Shown piece by piece: positions 1 to 13,058 of a stretch of DNA of 64,000 bases (the first letter of the stretch is position 1; every line of letters begins with the position of its first letter). A program made the translations under genes and the position numbers. Source of the DNA: the human T2T-CHM13v2.0 reference genome, Homo sapiens. The stretch lies in NCBI RefSeq assembly GCF_009914755.1, contig NC_060935.1, one strand, 5' to 3'. The notes below the pieces were generated by a model. It saw only the letters and a list, made by a program, of their open reading frames with translations, was not told where the DNA came from and did no database searches.

Positions 1-134
1 GAGATATACCTAATGCTAGATGATGAGTTAGTGGGTGCAGCCACCAGCATGGCACATGTATACATATGTAACTAACCTGCACAATGTGCACATGTACCCT
101 AAAACTTAAAGTATAATAATAAAAGAAAAAAAAA
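1..134 (+). mobile_element. L1PA2/L1PA3-type 3' end with poly(A), continuing off the window
   Basis: gagatatacctaatgctagatgatgagttagtggg...cttaaagtataataataaaa has the GAG/A diagnostic state, not ACA/G. Confidence 0.85.
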
Positions 135-188
135 TGGAAGGAAAGCAAAAAACATCTCTTGCTTATATTTCTATAATAATTTCAGTAA

Positions 189-490
189 TTTTTTTTTTTT
201 TTTTTTAGAGACAGGGTCTCATTTTGTCACCTAGGCTGAAGTGCAGTGGCAGGATCATAGCTCACTGCCACTTCGAATTACTGGACTCAAGGGATACTGT
301 GGCCTCAGCCTCTGAAGTAGCTGGGACTAAAGACACACACCATGATGCCATGCTGATTTTTTAATGTTTTGTAAAGACAGGGGTCTTGCCATCTTGCCCA
401 GGCTACAATCGAATTCCTGTGCTCAAGCAATTCTCCCACCTTGGCCTCCCAAAGCACTGGGATTACAGGTGCAAGCCACCATCCCCAGCC
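189..490 (-). mobile_element. AluJ
   Basis: Poly(T), then diverged reverse Alu dimer ending ...gccaccatccccagcc. Confidence 0.85.
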
Positions 491-964
491 TCTGTAAGAA
501 TTTTTGAAAAGCCTTATGAACTGATTTTAAAAAGAAAACAATTAATAATAAAAAAGATATGAATGGCCAATACAGCAAGAATGCATTGTAAATAGCTACA
601 AACATTGGAATATGTCTGAATACCAATTTTCATAGAAAGGAAACAAAATTAGATATCATTTTTGGCCCAGGATGGCAAAAATTTAATGACTGGCAGCATC
701 CACTCCTGGTAAGATAGGATGCACCACATTACTATAAATTATTGGTAGAAATATAAATTGGTGTAGCATTTTAAATTTTTATTAGTAATCAAGTTTTTAA
801 AAATGTTTTTACCTACTAATATCTATTAAAATTTTAAATATAGATAGACTTCGCTTACAAGGAAGCCATTTTCAGAACTGCTAAAATAAAAGCACAAGTA
901 TAACAAGATAAATAAGTACATTTATTGTAGTATGTGTATTTGTTTGTTTATTGATTGATTGATT

Positions 965-1080
965 AAGACAGGGATTTCACCATGTTGCCCAGGCTGGTCT
1001 TGAACTCCTGGCCAAAAACGATCCTCCTACCTCTGCCTCCCAAAATCTTGAGATTACAATCGTAAGCTACCATGCCCAGT
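965..1080 (-). mobile_element. Alu left monomer (FLAM/AluJ)
   Basis: agacagggatttcaccatgttgcccaggctggtcttgaactcctgg... Confidence 0.7.
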
Positions 1081-2609
1081 CACAGTATTGCTTTAAACAA
1101 CTTAAATCAATAGGATGTAGATCAAAATATGTGGATGTTAAATAATTTATATCCACAATACGAACTATGATGCTGTCAATAAAATGAGGTCTTTCTGTAT
1201 TCACTTTGGGAAAATATCAATGATATTTTTATCAATGATAAAAAATACTATTAAATATAAAAGACAAGATGCAGAATAAATGTGAATATAATTCTACTTT
1301 TTTATAAAGGAAAAACTACATATTAAATGAGTACACATAAAAGGAAAAGATTTATACCAAACATGACTGTAAATTTGAAAAAAAAAGGCAAATATTTCAT
1401 GTACCACCCATATTATTTGAATTGTTAAAACTACCATTTTTTTTTTAATTAAAGAAAAAGATTCTTATGAAACAGGATGTCAAAATATCTGGTAGAAGCT
1501 ACATACTTAAATGATAGGGAAGAAAAGTGGTCAGCTTCACTGTTTTTACTGCATCTTATTCAAGGTTATAAGAAAAAAATATGATCCCCTATAATACTCA
1601 AAAGCATGATTTGTACTTGGGATTATATTTTGAAAAAATTAACTGAGAGAAAAACAGAGCACAAGCAATTCTATCCTTTGTTTTGGATTCACATCCCCAG
1701 ATAGAACAAAAAATACTGGTCATTGACAGTACCTAGCCACTGCCAAGGATAATGCAAAAAGAAATCCTGAAATAAAGTATTAACCTATCAAATAACATAA
1801 AACACATCTAAAAACTGTTCCATGATTTCTAACGGCAAATATTTATGCTCTTTCTTTCAGAAATGGGATTAGAACCCCCTTCTCTTTTCCTTTCATTTGG
1901 CATCAATGTGACCCCAACAAGTACTTTCTAGGTCTAGGACTATCAAAATGCTATAAAATGTATTGACTTTTTTATAATGTGCAAAGCACTGTATCCCTCA
2001 GAATTTACTCAGTAAATATTTGCTAATGACTGTATATACAAATGATGGTGAGCTAATGACTTTGTTATCTCATTTAAGCTTAGCAACAACTGTGAGTTAT
2101 TTATTAATCCCAATATGCAGAGGGGGAAATGGCTTAAGTAATTTATGTAGAGTGATTATGTTAACAAATGGTGGAGCCATAATTAGAACTCTAATGGTCT
2201 TATTCTATATTGTTTCTTTAAGTAGTACATACTGTGAAAACATGAGTTATTTCTAAAAAGGCAGGAAGTTAAAAAAAAAATACAGGAGGAACAAGAAAAC
2301 AGAACAGAAAGTAATAGAAAAACTTGACAATGTTAGCATATCAAACTGCAAAAAGTAAAAATCTGACCCAAAGCATTTGAGGCATAGCTAGAGCAGCAGG
2401 ATATTTCTGTATATCCTGTTTAGCCAACTGTAGTTCCTTTCTTCAGCGGCATCCCTCAGCTCATGCCATGTACCGACACACATATGGGACCCAAAAGTTA
2501 CCTCTGATCTCCCTTAAGCCAAGGTTCATGATAGTCTAGTACTGGCTTGTTATTTACAGGTACTAGGCATTTCAGAGATAATTCCTGCAAAACAGAATGG
2601 CTTGGTTAG

Positions 2610-3043
2610 CTGTGTATGGACCAGCTATTGCTGAATCAATACTCTGTAACAACTCAAAAAGTGGAAATGGATTAAAACAATAAATGCTAACTTCTGCTCA
2701 TGAATCTGCAGGTTGGCTAGAGCATCTCTGCTTCAGGTTGCAGGGTCAAGTTCAGGTATCCTTCACATATCTTTCATTCTGGGACCCCATCTGAAGTAGT
2801 TACCTGGGGCAAGTTCTTCTTACAGTAAGTGCCGGAAGTACGAAAAAGCTGGAAATAACTTGCCATGCCTCTTAAAGCCTCATTTTAGAAATGGCTTTAC
2901 AGTCAATTCCATCTCCATTCTACTAGTCCAAGCAAGCCGTATGACCAAGTCTAAAATCAGTAAGACAGGGATGTATGTATAGTTCACCTCAAGAGAAAGG
3001 GTGGGGAATGAATATTTGCTGAGCAATAATTCAATCTACCATA
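2610..3043. mobile_element. MLT1-family (MLT1H/K-like) MaLR LTR
   Basis: gctattgctg...gtaacaac, ttctgctcatgaatctgcaggttggct, and end gaatatttgctgagcaataattcaatctaccata. Confidence 0.6.
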
Positions 3044-3710
3044 AACTCTAAGAAAAATTCCCAGAACAATTTCACTTGGATTCAATAACGACCACACAAA
3101 CATAGCAAGATGTTGATCGAGTAACTCATTGCTATCAAATTCTCACATGACAAAGAGCTATGAAGAACAGTAAATATTTAAATAACAGAATCAAGATGCT
3201 AAAACTTCTCAACATACTGACACAGTGGAATAAACCTAATACAATAGAATCTCAAAGGAGTAAAAAGTCCTGCCATGGGTTCAGCGTAGGATGGTGAAGA
3301 TCTGATTTAATAGCAAGACATGTAAAAAGACGTAGTGGTTTTTGAGTTTGAGCTCATTAAGAACCTTTAATGTGATATCACTGTTTAAAAAATAATGCCA
3401 CTTAGCACATATTTAAAGTAATAATAACACAGTTGAGTGCCCAGTATATATGAAGTACATAGTAAAACTTTAAGGAAAAAATTAAAACATGACAGAAACT
3501 GTCTCATACCCACAACAATATTAAATTTGGTTCTGATTTCTGTATCAATGGCTTAAGAATAATGACAAGAAACAAGATAGGTAAAAGGTTTAAAACAGTT
3601 TCATAGGACGTTCAAGTGTGAACTAAATAAACTACAAATTTTTATGATTGGAAAGACTGGGAATGGGATGTAGACTACTAGAAAGAGATAAGAAGTATAA
3701 AAATTGTTTT

Positions 3711-4076
3711 TATCACACTCTGGGGACTGTGGTGGGGTCGGGGGAGGGGGGAGGGATAGCATTGGGAGATATACCTAATGCTAGATGACACGTTAGTGGG
3801 TGCAGCGCACCAGCATGGCACATGTATACATATGTAACTAACCTGCACAATGTGCACATGTACCCTAAAACTTAGAGTATAATAAAAAAAAAAAAAAAAA
3901 GAAAAAGGGGGAAAGAGAGACACCTGAAGAGTTGGATAATTCTTTTATACTATGTAAGGCATATTTTAAAGGGCTACCATTTTTAGAGGGTACGTTCTTA
4001 CCAACTTTTTAAGGAGAGGATAAAATTTTGTGAAATCAATATTATGGTTATTAAAAGCACAAAAGGACCATAAAAA
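3711..4076 (+). mobile_element. 5'-truncated L1Hs pre-Ta element with 3' transduction
   Basis: 3711-3900 matches the L1Hs 3'UTR with ACG (gatgacACGttag) and G (cttaGagtat) diagnostics. TSD aaaaattgtttt at 3699-3710 and 4077-4088 encloses a non-L1 segment 3901-4071. Confidence 0.85.
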
Positions 4077-4243
4077 AAAAATTGTTTTCAAATTCCTAAA
4101 AGTCTATCATGTGTACAAGGAAGGTTTCTTAAAAAAGTTTTGCTCAAGATAAATAGAAACTAACTATAAGCTGAATGCTTTGAGAGAGAGTGAAATACTG
4201 TCACTGAATGAATTCAGGTAGAAGTTGCCAGGCCTCTCTATAT

Positions 4244-4456
4244 AAGAAGTCAGTAAACTTTTCTGTAAAAGGCCAGAGAGTAAATATTTTTGGCTCTGCA
4301 GGCCATAAGATCTCCAGGGCAACTACCCTAATATACTATTGTAGTGAGAAAGCAGCCATAGACAATATGTAAACAAATAGGTATGTCCGTGGTCTAACAA
4401 AACTTTACTTACAAAAACAGGTGTCAGACCAGACAGCCCTAGTTTGCCAGCCTCTA
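4244..4456 (+). mobile_element. MER58A (hAT-Charlie MITE)
   Basis: gtcagtaaactttttctgtaaaaggccagagagtaaatatttt...gcagccatagacaatatgtaaac...tagtttgccagcctct. Confidence 0.85.
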
Positions 4457-5232
4457 TATTAAAAAGAGGGCTGGACCATATGACCTTCACACCACTTCTA
4501 GCTCCAAGTTTCCATAAAAAGTCATTAAGCAATTCAACAATATGTAGAAATAAGTGAAAAAGACGTATTTAGATTGATATAGAGACATATCATATGCAGA
4601 CATATATGTACATTTATAAACCATATAGAAAGAATATTACTATAAACATATATGGGACGGGTCACCTTTATCACAATGGATTTGAGCTATAGCTGCTGAA
4701 TATATAAGGCTCTTAAATAGTTCCTTTCGTGGGACAACATTGGAGTAATCAGAAAATAGACATAGGAACCCAGGCCCCCACAATGGTTTTTCAGTAACAG
4801 GTGAACAAATAAGACATAAACTAAGACTGCTGTCCTTAAACAAGCCTTTCCATATCCACATGGGGAGATAATGGGAACATCTGCAAATTGCCTGCTTAAA
4901 GTCCCTTTATATTGGTTGAACGTTATGTCTCCATTCACTAACATGAGGAAAAAACCGTCTCACTGAATCTCAAATACAGCAAATGAAAACTATAATTAAG
5001 TTTTACCAAAGGCCGAGAATATCTACTCTAAGAAAAATAATATAAGACTCAGAACACCCCTTCTTGCTACAATGGCCTTCTATTAGTCTCTAGATTAGAA
5101 CAAAGGTCCTCCAACTGTTTGTTACTGATACATAACAGGCAAGTACAGAAATTGAGAGTAAGCATTTAGAAAGTTTTAAGCAATTTGACATCAGTTAGTT
5201 TGTTATCTATAATGGAAATATTTTAAAAATCT

Positions 5233-5535
5233 TGCTGGGCACAGTGGCTCATGCCTGTAATCCCAACATTTTGGGAGGCCAAGGTGGGAGGATCGCTTGA
5301 ATCCAAGAGTTCAAGACTAGTCTGGGCTAACAAAGTGAGACCCTGTCTCTACCAAACTTTAAAAATTAGCAGGACGTGGTGTCACACATGGTGCTGCCAG
5401 TGGTGTTGCATGCTGAGGAGGGAAAATCAGTTGAACCCAGGGGATTGAGGCTACGGTGAGCCAAGATTGCATTATTGCACTTCAGATTGGGTGACAGAGT
5501 AAGACTCTAGCTCTAAAAAATAAAAAAATAAAAAA
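5233..5535 (+). mobile_element. AluJ
   Basis: gctgggcacagtggctcatgcctgtaatccc...ggatcgcttgaatccaagagttc with A tail. Confidence 0.85.
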
Positions 5536-6065
5536 TTTAAATCTGAGAAAATGTAAGCATATTTTCATAATCTGTCATTGTGTCATTTAAATTTTAATCA
5601 GCCTATAATTTATAATTTAATATTTTTAGCTAAATTAAGGAAGTAAATAGGTATTTTTACACCTAATTTACAAACAGAAAAAGTTTAATGGGCTTTCCTT
5701 GGCAAAAAAAGATAAAATGTCTCTGAATGAGGCAGAGGTAGTAAACCAAACAACAATGAAAGTAATTTCAAAGAAATAAAGACCAACGACTTTATACTAT
5801 TTTACACAAAAGTATGACTGACAGCAAAGTTTAAAACCACTATGGGTTATCTGCAGAGATGTACTGGCTATGCAACAATAAAACCCTCAAAACCTAAGTA
5901 GTATTTATGCAAAAACCATATAGACATTCAAAACAACAAAAAAAATTTGAAATAAATAGTAGTGAATTGCAAAGCCAACAGAAGCAAATGTCTGCTATTT
6001 CAAATAAGTATTAGTGTTTTCAGGCTTTTTATATAATAGACCTTCAGGATGCTAACACGGTATAT

Positions 6066-6067
<2 letters not shown>

Positions 6068-6111
<44 letters not shown>

Positions 6112-6120
6112 CACACACAC
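6068..6120. repeat. (CA)n microsatellite
   Basis: About 20 uninterrupted CA units plus an imperfect extension. Confidence 0.95.
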
Positions 6121-7037
6121 TGACATCAGGGAAAAATTCCACCAAAGATGTTTGCTTGGAAATATTCAGTGAATCTGCAATAAAGAACCAATTTCCAATG
6201 ACACCATAGTCTGATGAATTCAGGAACTGGTTAATGACATGGAAGACCAATTCACAGAACAAAGAAATTTAGTGACATGTTTTTAATTGAAACTTAATAA
6301 ATGCAAAGATAGTATGGCATTTCCTTTGGTATATATGTGATCTGAACATGATGGTGCTGTGAAGGAAGAATTATTTTTCTGCTTCACTGCCAAACATAAC
6401 GATTTCTAAACTGTACAAATCTATGAAAAATTATAAGTCAATAAACATGATTTGAGTTTAAATTTTGTGTAACGGTATATTCTGATGGTGCAATTGTAAT
6501 GACAAGAAAGTATTCTGGAGCAGTTATCCAGATTAAGCCGTTTACTCCAGAGTGTAAATCAATGCATTGTTTCCATCATTGAGAAACTCTTGGTATAATT
6601 TTTTTTTTAAAAAAAGACACCTGTCTAAACAGTACGTTTAGTGACAATTAATAGTGTAATTGTGAATTACTTAAAGGCTAATGCAGTGTATTAGAGAGTA
6701 CTCTCTTCACTGAGAGAGGATATGAAAACTAATTGTACACTACTGTTACTACATACTGAAGTTCCATGGTTGTCAAGGAGAAACACTGTCGAAAATAAAC
6801 AATGAAACAAATTCTTAGTGTTTCTGCAAGATAAAAAAGTTTGGTCCTAATGTTTTAAAGGTGTGAATTGGACAATTGGATTTATTCATCTTATATATTC
6901 GGTATTTTTAATAATCTTCATACTTGTAAGAAAGGGATACAAGTATTTCTCAATGACCAATAAGATCAAAGGGCAAAAAAAGATGCTAATAGCATGAAAA
7001 GATCAGTTTCTACAGATATTTAGGACATATTCCATAA

Positions 7038-7338
<301 letters not shown>

Positions 7339-8231
7339 TTTTTTTTTTTTTTTTTTTTTGGTCCATAATTTTCAATGAAGTAGGTATAATCAGGTATGGT
7401 ATATTTGTTGAAAAATTATCACTAACCTTACAAATTTGATAAAAACATTTTCAAATTTTTTCCACCAAAAGAAGATTCATACAAAAGAAATGTGTGGATC
7501 TACAACCTATTCATTGAGAGATAATTTAAATTTAACTGTAATTCCACAGGATAAATTATTGGAATTGACTACTAATGAAAGATAGAAAATGAATTCTGAA
7601 AAAAATCACTTGCTTCACCTTGGAAAAAAGTTAGACATGAATATCCTGAGCTTGCTAAAATTTCTTTTAAATCTAAATGTCTTCAGTTCACAGCAACATA
7701 TTTTTAAATCTGGTTTCTCTAAACTGAGTGTTGTTAAAACAAAATATAGGAGTAGTATACAAATACGTTATCTCTTGTGAGTAGTACTGTCGTCAATCCA
7801 ACCTAGATTAGATAAACTAATAGCAAAAAGCAAATCTATGTCATATTAAAATTGTTAAATATCCATATATACAATGTTTGTTTACAGTATGGGCATTTAA
7901 TAAATGGAGAGCTGCAATTTTGCTTGGCTTTGTGTTTAGTTAGTATTACAGAATGACAAAAAAGTTATGACTATAGCAGCGATTCTCTATATTAATAGAA
8001 GATATCTTCAAGTAACAACATTTATGGTTCTTCTAATTGTTTTCTTTTTCCCTATGTATGACCATTTAAATTATAGATTGAAATGTAACTTGTTGTCTGT
8101 AATCTAAAAATTTTAACCATGTATTTTTTACTCATCCAATAATTCACTTTTATTGTATTTTACAAAAATGTCCATCTACAAATTTTAAGGGAAAAGGGGG
8201 GAAGAGTCCTCACAACAGATAGTTTGAGTGC

Positions 8232-8444
8232 ACAGGTTGGCAAATTCTAGCCTGCTGTCTGTTTCACTAAATAAAGTTTGACTGGAAGACAGTCACATCC
8301 ATTTGTTTGCCAATTGTCTATGGCTGCTTACACTCTACAACAGCAATGTTGGGAAATTTGACAGAGACCATATGGCCCTCAAAGCATAAAATATTTACTA
8401 TCTGGTCCTTTGCAGAAAAAAAAAAAAAAGTTTGCCAATCTCTG
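8232..8444 (-). mobile_element. MER58A
   Basis: Reverse copy of the 4244 element: ttggcaaa...attgtctatggctgctt...aaaatatttactatctggtcctttgcagaaaaa...gtttgccaatctctg. Confidence 0.85.
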
Positions 8445-8875
8445 CTCTGGATGGTTGAACATAACCCACTGGAATTACTTCTCTATTTTCCTTCCCAATC
8501 ATTCAGTAAGCAAAGACAGGACTGCCCAGACCCTTAAAACGATTAAACATTCCAACACGCAGACAGGGGGCTAGAAAAAAAAAAGAAATTTAAATACCAT
8601 TTAGGTATTTCCTGTGATAGGGAATGATGGGCATGTAAACCCTTCAATGTAGTCTCTGTCTCTTGGTATCCTAAAATTCCTGTCTATTTTGGATTTAAAA
8701 AGAATCGAAGTATAGTCTGATCCAGATAGGGGAAGAAGCACTAAATCTGGAAGACCCTAAAGAATCCCAGACACATAACAAGTATTCCAACTACAGGAGG
8801 GGAGGGAGGGATGGAGGTGGGGGAAACAAACAGAGGGGGTGGAGGAAAGAGAGAAAGGACCTTTTCCTGTTATAA

Positions 8876-9550
8876 TTTTTTTTTTCAGACAGAGTCTTGG
8901 CTTTGTCACCCAGGCTGAAGTGCAGTGGCACAATCATGGCTCACTGCAGCCTTGACCTCCTGGTCTTAAGTGATCCCCCCCACCTCGGCCTCTAGAGTAG
9001 CTAGGACTACAGACATGTGGGCCTGGTGGCATGTGCCTGTAATCTCAGCTACTGGGGAGGCAGAGGTGGGAGGACTGCTTGAGACCAAGAGGTTGAAGCT
9101 CCAGTGGGCTGTTGTATTAGTCCATTCTCACGCTGCTAAATAAAGACATACTTGAGACTGGGTAGTTTATAAAAAGAGGTTTAATGGACTGTGGTTCCAC
9201 GTGGCTGGGGAGGCCTCAAAATCATGGGGGAAGGCAAAAGGAGGAACAAAGGCTCATCCTACCTGGCGGTAGGCAAGAGAATGAGTGCCAGGAGGGAAAA
9301 TGCCAGGCACTTATAAAAACCATCAGATCTCGAAAGAACTCACTGTCATGAGAACAACAGGGGGAAAACCACCCCCATGATTCAATTACCTCCCACAGGG
9401 TGCCTCCTACAACATGTGTGGGGATTATGGGAGCTACAATTCAAGATGAGATTTGGGTGGGGACACAGCCAAACCGTATTAGCCATGATCACCCCACTGG
9501 ACTCCAGCCTGGGCAACAGAGTGAGACCCTGTCTCGAAAAAAAAAAAAAT
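8876..9550. mobile_element. Two AluJ right arms fused in inverted orientation; the + arm is split by a THE1 LTR
   Basis: Minus right arm 8876-9020; plus right arm 9020-9112 resuming at 9482-9550. Confidence 0.75.
9113..9481 (-). mobile_element. THE1C/D-type solo LTR
   Basis: tgtattagtccattctcacgctgct...gggacacagccaaaccgtatta. The 5-bp TSD gctgt/gccat is compatible with CpG decay of gccgt. Confidence 0.85.
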
Positions 9551-9944
9551 TCTGATAAAGAAACACTGAAGTAAATACTAATAATTCAAATACAAACAAA
9601 TGGCAGAGCTGCCACTTTCTACCCATACAGAGCTCTTTATCAGGAGAAGTATACAATGACCATCCAATAAAATCTGATAAGAAATAAGACAAAGTTTTAA
9701 ACCTTGAGATACAAGCTAATGATAGCAGAAAGTCATCAAAAGATACTGATATTTCAAAATAATATTTATTTCATTAAGATTTTATGCATATTTTATAATG
9801 TATACAATATATTAGTACAGAGTACATGTATGTTACAAATATATATATCACTTAAATTTTTTAATAGATAAAACATACCATCAAAAGATATTTGAAAACC
9901 ATTATTTAAACAGACAATCTGTAGAGTAGAAAAGCAGAAATATC

Positions 9945-10230
9945 CTTTAAGAATACTGAAGTCCAAAAGGACAAACATCGTGATTCCATTTATATGAAGT
10001 ATCTAGACTAGGCAAATTTATAGAAACAGAAAGTAGATTCAGGGGCTGTGGGAGGAGACAAAGGGGAATTACTGCTTAATGATTACAGAATATCTATTTG
10101 GGTTGATGAAAATGTTCTGGAAATAGTGGTGATAGTTGCACAACACTGTGAATGCCAATGAATTTTACCCTTAAAAATAGTTAAAATGATAAATTTTATG
10201 TTATGTATATTTTACCACAATAAAAAAAAT
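9945..10230 (+). mobile_element. L1MB-type 3' UTR fragment
   Basis: aaaaggacaaacatcgtgattccatttatatgaagtatctag...gatgaaaatgttctggaaatagtggtgatagttgcacaacactgtgaat...caataaaaaa. Confidence 0.7.
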
Positions 10231-10967
10231 CTGATCACAAGCCCCACCCCATAAAAAAAACTAAACTCATTCTCTCAGTTCAAATTAAATGCTTACTATC
10301 TTTGACCTACAACCTTGCTTCCCTAAGTGTCTTACTTATCTGGACCAGCAGATGTCCATTATACATTAATAGGTTAAGCGTCTTGTTAGTTTTATCAGGA
10401 CATGTCTTCTGGGTAAACTGAAATTGAGTTTCTGGGCTTACGAGCCAAGGTAGGGGTCCTGTGCAACTGTGCCTAAAGTAAAGAGATGGTCTCCATCTTT
10501 AAAATCTCTTTGATGCAAACAAATTGCTAATTGATGTACAGGAGTTATTTTTTACTGCTAGGGAATACCGGTATTAGTAAAGAACACTGCTCATACCCCC
10601 AAAATGTAATCTTTTTAAAAATTATTTTTTGTCTCCCTAGATTCTAAAAGTCATACATGTTCACAATGAAAAAGGACTGTTTAGGTACATTTGTCTCTTC
10701 AACTTTGCTAAAATGAATCAATTTAATCTTTCAAATGGGGTAAATTTCACCTAAGGATTTATTATCATTCTCAGAACTTGAAACTATATTTCCTCATTCA
10801 TTCATTCATTAAATAAACATTCACCATGCATTTAACACATACCAGAGACTATGCAAAATAGGTAGAGAAGAGAGCATAACAGAACAATAAGTCATATGAC
10901 AGAAACAAAAGGTACTACAGGAGAGCACATGAGAGCCATCAAATTCAGACTGAGCAGCAACAGATGA

Positions 10968-11409
<442 letters not shown>

Positions 11410-11939
11410 TTAAAGATTAAATGAAATCATGTCTTTAAGTGACCGGCATAGTACCTAGGACACAGTACACAGGTTCGAAGCATGGGCACTGAGGCCACTA
11501 GGAGAAGCAAAACAGAAGCTAAAGAATCACAAGGAAGAAAAAAAACAGCCAGGTAATCTCCTTCAGAAGAGAAACTTAAAGCATTCCACCAGGATTTCCT
11601 TACTGTGGTAATTATGGGGGTTCCCAGCTTACTTGTCTGCTTCCTGCCCTCACAGCCAACAGAGGTAGGCCTTCTCCAGAAAACTATATTAAAAAGGATA
11701 TAGGTGAATGGAAAGGACAGAAGGGAAGAAGAGAGGAAGGGAGGGAGGGAGGAGAAAACATCTATATAAGGAATATTCTACCTCCTTCTAGGTGGCCATC
11801 AGGACTATTCCATTAGGCTCCATTTCCCTTTCAACATCAGTCACCACGAGATATGCCAAGACTCCCAGTTTATTCATCATCAACAAAACCCTTATTCTCA
11901 AAGTGTTCTGTACATCTATTAATCAAGCTCAGTCCCTAA

Positions 11940-12370
<431 letters not shown>

Positions 12371-12661
12371 AATTCTGTATTCTTTAAAGGTATTGGACCA
12401 TTATTGTTTTATGTCATAAAATCAGCCAGGCTGATGCTACAGCAACCTGGCATTAACACTTGAGGTTATTACAGCACAGAGAGCTATGAAAATCAGACAT
12501 TAAATGGTATAGTATATATACCAATATTCTAACAACAAAGGACAATTCCAGTTGTAACATACTCAGTGTGACATGGTATGGCTAGATGTCATCACAATTT
12601 GCCCATCAATTATCTAAACAACAAACTGACTAACTTCTTGATTTGAATACTACTAGTATAA

Positions 12662-13058
<397 letters not shown>

